Assembly: GCA_965217895.1 (NCBI GenBank)
Contig: CBDCJV010000002.1
Span: forward strand, 3,328,001-3,392,000
DNA length: 64,000 bases
From: Waterburya sp.
GTDB lineage: Bacteria > Cyanobacteriota > Cyanobacteriia > Cyanobacteriales > Xenococcaceae
Direction: 5' to 3'
Each line of letters opens with the position of its first letter. Position 1 is the first letter of the stretch. This document shows, one piece after another, positions 1 to 10,853 of the stretch. The notes under the pieces are model-generated. The model saw only the letters and a list, made by a program, of their open reading frames with translations, did not search any database and was not told where the DNA came from. The position numbers and the translations under genes are program-made.

Positions 1-690
1 AAGCGATCGCAATAATAAATCTTCATCTGTAGTATCTACTTCTGATTCCTCTGCATCTAAATAAGCTAAACAGGCTTCAGGAATAGCTTGAGTAAATTTA
101 GCCAACCGCACCCGATCTATCTCGCTGTCTATTAATGGTTGCCAGATACCTCGGTAAACATTTTTTTTAGCATCTTGGGCATCAATTCCTGGTAAAAACT
201 TTTGCCTGACAATTAAGTCCAATGCCCAACGATAAACATGGGACCAAAAACAAATATCCCCTGCTAAATATTTGGTTGTTGCCTGCAATGAACTAAGAGA
301 TAAAACCTGCAATAAATCAACAGCTTCAGTAGGAGTTAAGCCAAATCCTTTTACTTCCCAAAGATATAAGTCTAAACTTGACTCAGCTTTGACGATATCT
401 TTGGCATAAACTGGCTGTATTTTTCTGCTTTCTCCTGTACCAGTCACAACAGTAGGCATTCCAATTAGTTGAGTTTGCCAGTTACTTTTATTTAATAATT
501 CGGCAACGTCCAACTCATGGCTTTGAAATAGATCTAGTAATTCTTGACGAGATAAATCAAACGGATGAATAAAATCTCCTGATTTATTTAAAGAGAAATT
601 TTCGTTGACTAGAGATCGCCAAGCTTCCCCCCAGACAAAGAAATAATCTTGTCCTGAATTAACAATCCAACTGCCGTGAATAATTGACAT
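1..690 (-). CDS. SNF2-family helicase, N-terminal part (runs off window)
   Basis: Manual translation from ATG at 690: MSIIHGSWIVNSGQDYFFVWGEAWRS..., resembling the N-terminus of cyanobacterial SNF2 helicases; helicase motifs lie outside the window. Confidence 0.7.
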   Translation of the reverse strand, partial: MSIIHGSWIVNSGQDYFFVWGEAWRSLVNENFSLNKSGDFIHPFDLSRQELLDLFQSHELDVAELLNKSNWQTQLIGMPTVVTGTGESRKIQPVYAKDIVKAESSLDLYLWEVKGFGLTPTEAVDLLQVLSLSSLQATTKYLAGDICFWSHVYRWALDLIVRQKFLPGIDAQDAKKNVYRGIWQPLIDSEIDRVRLAKFTQAIPEACLAYLDAEESEVDTTDEDLLLRSL

Positions 691-1371
691 AATTATCTTG
701 AATACAGGTTATTTATCTACTTTTTAAGCTTTAACCCATAGGTTTTGAGCCTTTAGCCTCTGGTAATTACTGAGCGAATAAATCAGTCCTTAACTCTAGC
801 TCTAGCTAATCTTTTCTGCTTTGTAAAGTTTGGCTATAAACCTCAAATAAATTCTCAGCTTAGAAACGAATAACTAAAAATTGCCTTCCTTTAACTACAT
901 CGTGAGTAAGTCAAAGAAAAACTGAATAATATTACTGATCAGTCTAGCAAGTTTATGTCATATCTAAGCCGAAGCTACTACATTTATATAAATCTATATA
1001 AAATGCAGCTAAAACCAGCTAAAAATCCTGCTTTTTTGTCAGGAGAGAACGGATTTGAGGCTATATTCCTTTTTTATACATTATATAAGCCAAAAAGTTT
1101 TAAAACTCTCTGTATCGCTCAAAATCCGTAAATTACTAGTAAATCCAAAGTTTATTAGCCTACTACTGCTCCTATAGTAGCGCAATTCTTAATTATGTTT
1201 AAAGTGTAACTCAAATTAAGTAATAATTAATAGCTTTTTGATTGTAATTGCAAGTTTAAATATGAAAATAAAATGATTAAAACATGAGGCAAAAATGATA
1301 TTTAGGAGTAAATAAAATTACTAAAATTAAGTAATAATATAAAATTACTGATAAACTTCTATTTTTAATTA

Positions 1372-1935
1372 ATGAACATTTGGGGAATAATTTTTCTAGC
1401 ATTAGGATTGGCTGCTGATGCTTTTGCGGTTTCTCTAACTAGTGGTTTGCTGATTCAAAGAATTAAAATCAATAAAGCTTTAAAAATAGCTTTGTTTTTT
1501 GGTGGTTTTCAATGGCTGATGTTTTTGCTAGGTTGGCGGCTTGGAGTAAACTTCAGTCAACTGATTGCGGATTTTGACCACTGGATAGCTTTTCTACTTT
1601 TAAGCTTAATTGGGGGCAAAATGATCTATGAATCACTGCAATGTGAAGCCGATAAACCAAAGTTCAATCCCTTAGATTTTAATACTCTTTTGGGATTAGC
1701 GATCGCAACTAGTATTGATGCTTTAGTTGCTGGTCTGGGATTATCCTTACTCAAAATTTCGATTATTTATGTGGCAACTTTAATTGGCTTAATTACTTTT
1801 TTGTTGTCTTTTGCGGGGGTATTTATTGGTCACAAGGTTGGCAATAAAATAAATAGCAAAATTGAAATCATGGGTGGTTTAATCTTAATAGCTATTGGTA
1901 GCAAAATTTTAATAGAACATTTATTTTTTCTCTGA
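1372..1935 (+). CDS. mntP: manganese efflux pump MntP family
   Basis: ALGLAADAFAVS, DHWIAF, ATSIDAL motifs; multi-TM 187 aa. Confidence 0.9.
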   Translation: MNIWGIIFLALGLAADAFAVSLTSGLLIQRIKINKALKIALFFGGFQWLMFLLGWRLGVNFSQLIADFDHWIAFLLLSLIGGKMIYESLQCEADKPKFNPLDFNTLLGLAIATSIDALVAGLGLSLLKISIIYVATLIGLITFLLSFAGVFIGHKVGNKINSKIEIMGGLILIAIGSKILIEHLFFL

Positions 1936-2184
1936 AAAAGCCTCATAATCTCCACCCAAAGACTCGACAATTAACTTAGTGTTGGCAACCAGCATTTTGA
2001 TATGGCTATCACCCTCGCTTCCTGGTGCGCCAATGGAGTCAGATAAATAAAAATTAGTTTGTTAATGGAATAGTCAGAAATATTACAGATATAGACTCTA
2101 TAACGCCAAATTTTAGATACTAAAAAACCGACTAACACGAAGTTGTAATTAGTCGGCAACATAATTTAAATATTGATTTTAAAC

Positions 2185-2307
2185 TTATGCTTCTTCTTGA
2201 TTGAAGTATTTTTGTATTTGAGCTATAGCAGCACTACCGATGTTAAATATAGCCCAGCTAGCTGCGATCGCTAGAGGAGCAACGACTATTACTATACGCC
2301 AATCCAT
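2185..2307 (-). CDS. psbY: photosystem II protein Y (not in ORF track)
   Basis: Manual translation [40 protein letters not shown] (40 aa); GGAG SD upstream. Confidence 0.93.
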   Translation of the reverse strand: MDWRIVIVVAPLAIAASWAIFNIGSAAIAQIQKYFNQEEA

Positions 2308-2488
2308 AATTTTATCTCCTTTACAATTTTCAATTTATTTAAAAGGCTTTTTAACGCCAAACCAGACGTAACTATAATCAAATGTACCAGTTTTCTTAAC
2401 CATTTATCCATATTTCTGGTTACGCTTGATGTCTATAGGCTTCGTTTTCAATTTATTGTTTTTAGCGACAAGCTCTAGGCTTTGTAGA

Positions 2489-2522
2489 CAAAAAGAAAAA
2501 CCCCCTCAATGGAAGGGGCTTT
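2489..2522 (-). terminator. intrinsic terminator after DUF1517 gene
   Basis: Minus strand AAAGCCCCTTCCATTGAGGGGGTTTTTCTTTTT: GC stem plus U tract. Confidence 0.6.
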
Positions 2523-2546
2523 GTGTCAAAATTGAGCGAGATTAAC

Positions 2547-3506
2547 CTATACCAATTTGAGGTTAGGATAGTAAGCCAAAATATCATCAGAGGTTAAGGT
2601 GTCGCCGTCTGCTTGGGGTGTCCAAAGAATCTCTACTGCCAATAAGCGATCGCTGCCAATACTGCCTATTTGTTGTAATGCTTGGCGCATATCATCAGGA
2701 TTATTAATTTTGGGCAGGTTCAAATTACCTGTTGCACCCACAATTAGCGTGGCGACAATATATTCTCCATTGTCTCCTTCTCTTAGCTGAATCGCTCCTT
2801 CCTCGGAGTTACCGCCCAGAGCTTTTTGCTCTTCACGATCAATGACATTATTGATATTACTTAGGGTTTCTTCGCTAAACTTACTGCGTTCAGTCAAAGC
2901 TAGCTGATTAAATTTTGCTTCAGCAGCATCTAAGCTAGCTTTTTGCGAGTCTGTTGAACCATATACCCAATATTCAGGGTGACGCAATAAAGCCAAGGTT
3001 GCTTCTTGAACTACGGTGGCTCTACCTGTGGCTGAACTAGTATCAGCAGTCAAAGCCAAACGGTTTAGCTCAGGCTGCAACTCACGAGCATTAGACAATA
3101 AGCCTACCTGTACTTGAGCTACAGATACCTGAGAACTGCTGTTATAACCACCATCTTCGCCAATTCCAGCACTGCGGAAGCTACGGACTAAAAAGCTAGC
3201 GATCGCAAAAAAGATAAGAACTGAAAACAGTCCGCCACCACCGAAGCCAATAAAGGGAAGCAGAAAGGGAAACCCAAATCCGCCACCGCCGTAACCATAG
3301 CCAGGGGATCTATAGCCACCACCACGAGGAGTAGAATAGCTGCGAGAAGGTGCGCGAAATGAACCACCTCCAATTCTGCCACCGCTACGGGCTGCCATTG
3401 CCGTGCTGGCATTGCCAAGCACAAGAACGCCGACAAGTCCTAAAGCTACAATAGATTTGAACCAAAATTCTCGTTTAAAAATCATTTTCATTTGTTTGTT
3501 AATCAT
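2547..3506 (-). CDS. DUF1517 domain protein (FLAP1/FlpA-like)
   Basis: RSGGRIGGGSF Gly-rich N-terminus, TM helix, LLRHPEYW, EILWTPQ motifs. Confidence 0.85.
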   Translation of the reverse strand: MINKQMKMIFKREFWFKSIVALGLVGVLVLGNASTAMAARSGGRIGGGSFRAPSRSYSTPRGGGYRSPGYGYGGGGFGFPFLLPFIGFGGGGLFSVLIFFAIASFLVRSFRSAGIGEDGGYNSSSQVSVAQVQVGLLSNARELQPELNRLALTADTSSATGRATVVQEATLALLRHPEYWVYGSTDSQKASLDAAEAKFNQLALTERSKFSEETLSNINNVIDREEQKALGGNSEEGAIQLREGDNGEYIVATLIVGATGNLNLPKINNPDDMRQALQQIGSIGSDRLLAVEILWTPQADGDTLTSDDILAYYPNLKLV

Positions 3507-3546
3507 CTATCTAAAATATTTTTACTTCTTACTTTTTACTTAATAT

Positions 3547-3768
3547 CTATCCACCGCCAACGATGGTAACAATCTCTAGGCGATCGCCCGAACGCATCTG
3601 CGTCTGTTGCCAATACTGACGATGTAAAATTTCTCCGTTGTATTCTACGGCGATCAGACGAGGATTTAAATCTAATTGGGTTAACAGTTCAGGTAAAGGA
3701 ATTGACGCTACGCAAGTATGAGGTTCTCCGTTGACCTGTATTTTTATTGTATTAGTTACATTTGACAT
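3547..3768 (-). CDS. thiS: sulfur carrier protein ThiS
   Basis: AVEYNGEI, C-terminal VGGG; adjacent to thiE. Confidence 0.95.
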   Translation of the reverse strand: MSNVTNTIKIQVNGEPHTCVASIPLPELLTQLDLNPRLIAVEYNGEILHRQYWQQTQMRSGDRLEIVTIVGGG

Positions 3769-3791
3769 AAATCTAGCCTTAAATGGGGTAA

Positions 3792-4805
3792 TTACCGTCT
3801 AATTAACTGAGATATAAGCTGGCGAGTAATTTGCATTGGTTGCTCTGCTTGCATAATAGCGCGAACTACTGCAACCCTTTGTGCGCCTGTGGTTAGAACT
3901 GCATTTAAATTATTTTGCTCAATACCACCAATGGCAAACCAAGGTACAGGACATTTAGCGTTGACATAATTAATATATTCAGCAGTCAGTGCTGGCTTAC
4001 CTGGCTTGGTAGGAGTCTCATAAAAAGGTCCTACCCCAACGTAGTCGGCTCGTTCAGCGATCGCTTTATCTAACTCTTGCTTATTGGTAGTAGAGCGACC
4101 AACAATTTTGTGTGTCCCTAATACCTCGCGAGCAAAAGCCACTGGTGCATCATGTTGACCCAAATGAACTCCATCTGCATCTACCGCCAGAGCGATATCT
4201 ACTCGATCGTTAACAATAAACAAAGCATTATAATGATGGCATAGCTGGCATAATTGATCGGCTTTGGCAATGCGATCGCTATCTTGACCTTCTTTATCTC
4301 GATACTGCACTAAAGTTAAACCACCTTTTAAAGCAGCTTCAACTATTTTGAGAATTTCTGGTTCAGGAGAAGTCACCAAATACAAAGGAGCATTGTGTAG
4401 CTGCTGAAGACGATAATTGTTTAATAAACTGCTTTCAATTGTGTAAACGCGATAGCGCATCTGTTTACAGGCTGCTGCCATTTCTAACCAATAAAGCTTA
4501 CTATATTCCTCTAAAACTCTTAACGCCTCTTGCGATCGACATAAATTTGCCTGTAGCAATTGTTCAATACTATCTCGTGTTTCTTCTTGGGGATGAGATA
4601 AATCTGTTCCCACATCACCTGGAGTATCTCGCGCCTGACGCAATTCCCAGCTATGCCATTGGGCTAATTCTTGACGTATCTGCTTACATTCTTCAGCTAA
4701 TGGTTGATTATTTAAACCCAGGCGACACCACTCTTCAATAATTCTTAATCCTTCTCTGGCGCGATCGAGATTAGCATCCAAAATACGATAAATAGCTTTT
4801 TTCAT
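3792..4805 (-). CDS. thiE: thiamine-phosphate synthase, cyanobacterial long form
   Basis: RILDANLDRAREGLR N-domain; QYRDK, VNDR, DGVHLGQHD, TPTK, AIGGI; start placed at MKKAIYR. Confidence 0.95.
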   Translation of the reverse strand: MKKAIYRILDANLDRAREGLRIIEEWCRLGLNNQPLAEECKQIRQELAQWHSWELRQARDTPGDVGTDLSHPQEETRDSIEQLLQANLCRSQEALRVLEEYSKLYWLEMAAACKQMRYRVYTIESSLLNNYRLQQLHNAPLYLVTSPEPEILKIVEAALKGGLTLVQYRDKEGQDSDRIAKADQLCQLCHHYNALFIVNDRVDIALAVDADGVHLGQHDAPVAFAREVLGTHKIVGRSTTNKQELDKAIAERADYVGVGPFYETPTKPGKPALTAEYINYVNAKCPVPWFAIGGIEQNNLNAVLTTGAQRVAVVRAIMQAEQPMQITRQLISQLIRR

Positions 4806-5416
4806 CCTAATTAATTTGATAATTAAACAATTTGTCATCCTATCTCATAACTATGAATTGCTTTTGAAGGACAATCAAGAATTAACAATCTGGTAGAAGT
4901 TATTTAATTTTGACAGCTTAGTGTTCACTAAAACTTTATAAAACTAGCTTGATGTTTATTAAAACTTTATAAAATCAAGGTTGTCAATTCTATTTTGAGT
5001 GATTATGATTGTGTTTGAAAACAACCTAAGTATTTTTTCTTAAATATTTATACTTAGACGAACATTAACATTCTTTAATCTTGATAGTTTATTGACCCAA
5101 TATATCCAATATATTTTGCCCAAAACCCGCTCAAGATTAAATAAATTTAGAGAATGCTGGCTTAGATTGCTTTTATTCTAATAAGATTGAAAGCTGTTTG
5201 ATTTGGTATCGCTATTTTCCTGGTATGTGCGTATAAAAATATACATAGTTTTTTCAACTATTTGCAAGTAGCAATTGTATCAACAAATATTTTCAATTCA
5301 TAAATTTGCATAGTCGATCAAAACTACATAAATATCCATATAAATCTCGCGGTTTCAAGCGTATTTCTTTGATGTCTGCGTTTAAATTGCCGATCGCAAC
5401 CTCGACAGTCCTTCTA

Positions 5417-5466
5417 AGGCGAGAAAGGACTTGTCCGCATCTGACCCGCGTAACAGGCTGTCTCGC
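5417..5466 (+). repeat. GC-rich nested micro-repeat
   Basis: AGAAAGGACTTGTCCGCATCT at 5422-5442 is identical to 33112-33132; flanks AGGCGAG/TGACCCGCGT also recur at 33090-33107. Confidence 0.75.
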
Positions 5467-5519
5467 AAAATTACTCAAACTATATATTTCTTATTCCAAT
5501 TATCAATTAGTTAACACCT

Positions 5520-6692
5520 ATGAAAATTGCTGTCCTCGGTGTCAAACAAATTCCTGCTAAACAGGGCGATACAGAACGTCATTGCCAAGAACTATATACA
5601 AAAATTGCAGCACGAGGGCATCAAGTAGATTTGTTTGCTCAACCTAAATATAGCCAAGAAACTAAATCATTGGTTTCCCACTATAAAAGCATTAGAATAA
5701 TTGCTTTGCCATTACTCCCAGAAAGAAAACTATTTTTTTTCCTCAGTGCAGCTATAAATACTGTTCGGGCAACTTTCGGCAATTATGACATAATTCACTT
5801 TTATGGCGTAAAAAGTGCTTTTGTTGTCTGGTTTGCCAAATTGTTCTCTGTTTCTAAGATTGTCGTTTCTTGTCAGCAATTAGATCATCAAAAATATAAA
5901 AGAAAAAAGCCGATTAATCAGCTACTACTTTGGCTTGAGAAAGTAGTGGTTAAAAATGCGGATGAACTTATTGTCGATTCTAAGACTTTAGCCAAATATT
6001 TTGAGCAAAATTATGATCTTTTTGCTAGCCACATACCTAATGCGCCAGTAAGCTATCGACCAAATAAGAATAAAATTAGCTATGTGCCAACTTTTGGATT
6101 AGATAAAAAGCAATATATTCTTTATTTGGGTAAACTTGAGCCTAGTCAAAGACTTGATTTATTAATTCGAGCTTTTATAGAAGTAGAGTCTTTTGGTTGG
6201 CAGCTAGTTATAGCAGGAGATATTGATGATGATGCTGAGTATGCAGTCGCATTACTAAAACTAGCTAAACAGCATGACAAGATTATTTTTATTAATGAAG
6301 TTAGAGGATCTTGTTTAGCAGAAATTCTCCAGTGTGCGGGTTTGTTGGTGTATCTTTCCTCAGAAACCAATTCAAAATTATCTTCGGTGATCTTAGAAGC
6401 TATGGAGTCAGGGACTCCTGTTTTAGCTAGCGATATCCCCGTCCATCGAGAATTAATTGGCAGCGATCGCGGTTTGTTATTTGCCCCAGATCGGCTAGAA
6501 TCATTAAGCTCAAAGCTAAAATGCGCTTTAGCCAACCCAATTTTACTACGGGCAGTGTCCAGGCGATCGCAGACTTATATTGCCATACATCACAACTGGG
6601 ATCGGGTAGTCTACAAAAATTTATTTCTCTATCTCAAAAACGGCGTTAGGACACAGGTAAAAAAACCTAGATATCGGATTTTTGACAACTAA
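5520..6692 (+). CDS. GT4 (GT-B) glycosyltransferase, divergent
   Basis: MKIAVLG, ILYLGKL, LEAMESGTPVLASDIP. Confidence 0.85.
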   Translation: MKIAVLGVKQIPAKQGDTERHCQELYTKIAARGHQVDLFAQPKYSQETKSLVSHYKSIRIIALPLLPERKLFFFLSAAINTVRATFGNYDIIHFYGVKSAFVVWFAKLFSVSKIVVSCQQLDHQKYKRKKPINQLLLWLEKVVVKNADELIVDSKTLAKYFEQNYDLFASHIPNAPVSYRPNKNKISYVPTFGLDKKQYILYLGKLEPSQRLDLLIRAFIEVESFGWQLVIAGDIDDDAEYAVALLKLAKQHDKIIFINEVRGSCLAEILQCAGLLVYLSSETNSKLSSVILEAMESGTPVLASDIPVHRELIGSDRGLLFAPDRLESLSSKLKCALANPILLRAVSRRSQTYIAIHHNWDRVVYKNLFLYLKNGVRTQVKKPRYRIFDN

Positions 6693-6733
6693 ATTGAATC
6701 AAGAAATCCACGCTCATTTATTTTCTAGAATCA

Positions 6734-7804
6734 ATGTCTATTAACTCGCCCAAGGTTTCTGTGGTTATTAGTGCTTGCCACCAAATCCAGCATTTGTCAC
6801 AGACAATTAATAGTGTTTTACAACAAACCTATGCTGATTTTGAAATTCTCCTATTTAGCAACTGTTGTTTATCTGAGCTTAAATCTTTAGATTTACCTCC
6901 AGACAAACGCCTAAAGCTTGTTTTTTCAGGGAATTTGCACACTTTTGAGATTTTTAATTTAGGCATTACTGAAGCCCAAGGAAAATATATAACCTTTATC
7001 AGAATCCAAGATTTATGGCATCCCGATAAGCTGAATAAACAGGTGTTTTGTCTAGATCATTACCCGAACGTTAGTTTAGTTCATTCTTGGGCAGTTTTAA
7101 TCAACCATCACCAAAAATCTTCAGGTAAAATTTGTCAACACAACCTTTCAGGCTGAGTAGAAAAAGAGATCTTAAAACGAAACCAGATTAATTTCTCCTC
7201 AGTAATATTGCGTCGTCATTGTTTAGATACCGTGGGTTTATTTAATCCCCAGTTACAAACAATCCAGGATTGGGATATGTGGATTAGATTAAGTCGCCGT
7301 TACCAGTTTATGGCGATCGCTGAACCTTTAGTTTTTTGTCAACAACACCAAGACAACATCAAAGAACACTGGTTAACCATAGAAACTAATTTACAAACAA
7401 CTATTGAACAAGCTTATGCCTATGCACCTGCAAAACTATTAGCTCTCAAACGCCTCAGCTATGCCTATGCCAGTCTTTATTTAGCGAGGCAAGTTTTGGC
7501 AAATCAAGAAAGCGATCCTGTTATCGCCCATCACTATTGTCGTCAAGCTTTAGAACATGACCCCAACATTAGTTTTGCACCAGATTTCTGGCAAGTTAGC
7601 TTGGCGGTTATGATGCTGCACTATTCAAAAAGCGATCGCTATCATCGATTACGCTTATTTATGCAAACAACTCAACTTCGGGTAACGGCAATCATCAAAG
7701 GGTTTAAAGTATTTAGCAATAGTCTATTGAACTGGGTGCTAGAAGAAGACGACACCATCATTTTTGAGGAAAACCGAGAAATTAAACGACAAGGCAAAGA
7801 CTAA
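6734..7804 (+). pseudogene. GT2 glycosyltransferase interrupted by in-frame TGA (7154-7156)
   Basis: ORFs 6734-7156 and 7208-7804 are in one frame joined by SG*VEKEILKRNQINFSSVILRR; PKVSVVI, SVLQQTY, QDWDMW motifs. Confidence 0.75.
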
Positions 7805-7827
7805 CGTTTTACAAATACTTTCTGTCT

Positions 7828-7852
7828 GGGCGATTTGCGAATCGCCCCTTTT
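7828..7852 (+). terminator. hairpin/terminator after GT2
   Basis: GGGCGATT-TGCG-AATCGCCC followed by CTTTT. Confidence 0.55.
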
Positions 7853-8089
7853 ATTTAAATTGTCTTAATTCATTAATTGGCGCATGAGCAACGTGAATCC
7901 AAAGGTAATTAAGTGCCTAAAATAAAAGGTGCTAAGGTTAAAAAATATAGCCTTAGTACCTTTCTATATCTTGTTTTTACTTATACTTAAGGTCTTTATA
8001 TTTGCTGACCTCATTTAAATCTTTTACTATAATCCCAGGTTTTTTAAACACATCTTTATTTCGTAATATTTTCTTTATATTTAGCTAAA

Positions 8090-8638
8090 TCAAGAATTGT
8101 TGCTTTTTGTGACACTATCTTGATTCGCTGCTAAAGACACGCCAATCAACTCTGATAGCCAAATTTCAAAATCGCGGATGGGATGAGAGCGAACCGCTAT
8201 TAGAGGATCGATCATTGGTTCGACCAAAATGGTAAACATTCCTAAACGATTACCAGCTAAAACATCAGTAAACAAGCGATCGCCAACCATGGCAATTCTT
8301 TCTACGGGTAGTTCCATTGCTTTTGCTGCCTCTCTCAGGCGACGACGAGAAGGTTTTTGAGCAGCAGAAATAAAGGGCAAATCAACAGATTTGGCAATGT
8401 TGCCGATGCGATTATGACTAATATTATTACTAACTAACCAAATAGGAGTTGCTTGTCGAATTTGTGTAATCCACTGCTGTAATTCCTCGGAAGTTTCCCT
8501 TTGCTTAAAAGGAACCAAAGTTTCATCCACATCTAAAATTAACCCGTTAATATTATATTTTTGGAGTATTTGAGGCGTTAAATCAAAAATAGTTGACCCA
8601 AGAATTAAATTTGGTTGCAGTAGGGTAATCACAGACAT
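8090..8638 (-). CDS. YqeG-family HAD IIIA phosphatase
   Basis: DVDETL, VSNN, KP, VGDRLFTDVLAGNRLG. Confidence 0.9.
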   Translation of the reverse strand: MSVITLLQPNLILGSTIFDLTPQILQKYNINGLILDVDETLVPFKQRETSEELQQWITQIRQATPIWLVSNNISHNRIGNIAKSVDLPFISAAQKPSRRRLREAAKAMELPVERIAMVGDRLFTDVLAGNRLGMFTILVEPMIDPLIAVRSHPIRDFEIWLSELIGVSLAANQDSVTKSNNS

Positions 8639-8878
8639 GATATAAAAAAATAAATATTATATAGTAGGAAAATTTTACTCGACGAAAGCTATATTAGCGA
8701 CTTAAGAAGTAGTATGGCTTGGTCTTTGTCTAATTTACCGTTCAGTTACAAAAAAACACTGCCAAGTACTCATGTATAATCGATTAAGTTCTGTATACTC
8801 GTAACAATCAAACCTAAAGAAAAGATATATTGTTAAAATTAGTAAAGAAACTAAAAATTTAAATAAGCTATTAGAACT

Positions 8879-10042
8879 ATGGGTCGTATTGGAGTTTTAC
8901 TACTTAATTTAGGCGGACCCGACAAAATCGAAGATGTCCGTCCTTTTTTATACAATTTGTTTTCTGATCCAGAAATTATTCGCTTACCCGTCAAAGCATT
9001 GCAAAAACCTTTGGCTTGGTTAATTTCAACTTTAAGAGCCAAAACATCTCAAGCAAACTATCTAGAAATTGGCGGTGGTTCTCCTTTAAGACAAATAACT
9101 GAAGCACAGGCAGAGGCTTTAGAAGCAAAACTTAAGGAAATGGGTCAAGATGCCAAAATTTATATTGGTATGCGCTATTGGCATCCCTTTACAGAAGAAG
9201 CAATCTCTCAAATAAAAAGAGACGGCATCAAAGAGGTGGTAGTTTTGCCACTTTATCCACAATTTTCTATTAGCACCAGTGGTTCTAGCTTCCGCATTTT
9301 AGAAGAAATGTGGGATACCGATCAAGTTCTACAGGATGTTAAATATACATTAATTTCCTCTTGGTACGACAATCAAGGCTATCTGCAAGCAATGGCAGAT
9401 TTGATCGGACAAGAGCTAGATAAATTTCCCGACCCAGATCAAGCTCATGTGTTTTTTAGCGCGCACGGTGTTCCCGTCAGCTATGTAGAAGAAGCGGGAG
9501 ATCCCTACCAGCAAGAAATTCAAGAGTGTACTCGCTTGATTATGCAAACTCTGGGACGACCCAACCAATACACCCTAGCATATCAAAGCAAGGTAGGCCC
9601 AGTTGAATGGCTACAGCCATATACCGACGATGCTCTTAGAGAGTTGGGTGAACAAGGAATTGAAGACTTAGCCGTTGTACCCATTAGCTTTGTTTCCGAA
9701 CACATCGAAACGTTACAGGAAATAGATATTGAATATCGTGAAGTAGCAGAAGCAGCGGGAGTCAAAAACTTCCATCGTGTACCTGCCCTTAATGTTCATC
9801 CTGGCTTTATCGATTCACTAGCCCATTTGGTTAAAGATTCATTGGATGCCGCTCCTCATACCTTTGCCGATGTAACTCATCCTAAGAAAAACATGAAAAT
9901 GTATCCTCAGGAAAAATGGCAATGGGGTTTGACTACCGCTGCCGAAGTTTGGAATGGTCGTCTAGCGATGTTGGGCTTTATTGGTTTATTGGTAGAGTTA
10001 ATTAGTGGTAGTGGTCCTCTCCATATGGTAGGCATCTTATAG
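8879..10042 (+). CDS. hemH: ferrochelatase with C-terminal CAB/Hli domain
   Basis: LLNLGGP, LYPQFS, FSAHG, SEHIETL; C-terminal [12 protein letters not shown]. Confidence 0.97.
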   Translation: MGRIGVLLLNLGGPDKIEDVRPFLYNLFSDPEIIRLPVKALQKPLAWLISTLRAKTSQANYLEIGGGSPLRQITEAQAEALEAKLKEMGQDAKIYIGMRYWHPFTEEAISQIKRDGIKEVVVLPLYPQFSISTSGSSFRILEEMWDTDQVLQDVKYTLISSWYDNQGYLQAMADLIGQELDKFPDPDQAHVFFSAHGVPVSYVEEAGDPYQQEIQECTRLIMQTLGRPNQYTLAYQSKVGPVEWLQPYTDDALRELGEQGIEDLAVVPISFVSEHIETLQEIDIEYREVAEAAGVKNFHRVPALNVHPGFIDSLAHLVKDSLDAAPHTFADVTHPKKNMKMYPQEKWQWGLTTAAEVWNGRLAMLGFIGLLVELISGSGPLHMVGIL

Positions 10043-10066
10043 TAATTATGGCAACCATTTATTTGT

Positions 10067-10113
10067 TTTCAGTACAGCTTCTAAAAACAAGCATAAAACT
10101 GTACTGAAATTTT
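10067..10113 (+). terminator. stem-loop after hemH
   Basis: TTTCAGTACAG...CTGTACTGAAA inverted repeat then TTTT. Confidence 0.5.
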
Positions 10114-10290
10114 GCTGTTTGTAAAAAAGTAATACAAAACAATTCTGAAGGTTTTTTACTAATACTTGCTCCTCAAAATTACGAGTTGTTTTCACACAGG
10201 ACTTTTCGGCTTTTCGTGTAAACCTTGGGTTAGTTTCTCATAAAAAGCGATCGCTTTCCCCTCACTTCCCAGAATTATTAAAAATATTTC

Positions 10291-10320
10291 TTGCCAGGAA
10301 CTCACCCCATCATGTATCAT
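10291..10320 (+). promoter_or_regulatory. candidate sigma70-type promoter of the rplC operon
   Basis: TTGCCA-N18-TATCAT. Confidence 0.4.
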
Positions 10321-10853
10321 TAGTCATTGTGGTTAAAACTGGCAAATCTCACATAATAGATAAAAGTCTAATCATCCCCCCAGTCGTAAGAGACAAGCGA
10401 TCTTCGCTTTTACTTATAAGACTAAATTAGTGAGTTTTCACCGTGTTTATTCACTGTAGAAAACAATCTCGTTACGGGGTTAGTGAGAAATTTTATAGGG
10501 TTTGCTACCTCCTCATAAAGATACTGAAGAAGCAATTTTTCTTTAAGTCTTAGAGGATCGAGGTAACTTTAAGGGTTAGAAACAGCATAAAGCTGAATCG
10601 AATCATAAGATCTTAGAAAAAAATTATATATTTGCTGCTGTACATCTTTGATTAATAGCGGTTTGACCAACAGCGGATTTGTGCAAAAGCATAGATTTAG
10701 TCTAGGTAAGTGCCTATCAAGATGGTTATTTTTTTGCCAGTCGATGTTACACCGTTTTTGAATAGCAGTGATTTGCGGTAATACATCATAACCAGAAGCC
10801 CTTAGCAATAGGGGTTAATCTATTATGTTGCAACTATAGAGGAGTTTAAACTC

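Noticed and set aside
1030..1371. Possible yybP-ykoY Mn riboswitch upstream of mntP
   Set aside because: Only a weak TAGGAGTA and an unrelated inverted repeat; the other consensus elements were not recognisable by eye; needs an Infernal search
1971..2162. 63-aa minus ORF downstream of psbY
   Set aside because: No motif or recognisable family; probably spurious
5293..5560. ORFs 5293-5478 and 5306-5560
   Set aside because: They span the micro-repeat in an intergenic region; no protein features
7154..7156. TGA as selenocysteine or recoded Trp
   Set aside because: No evident SECIS hairpin, not a catalytic Cys position, and TGA is used as a normal stop elsewhere (e.g. mntP, scpA)
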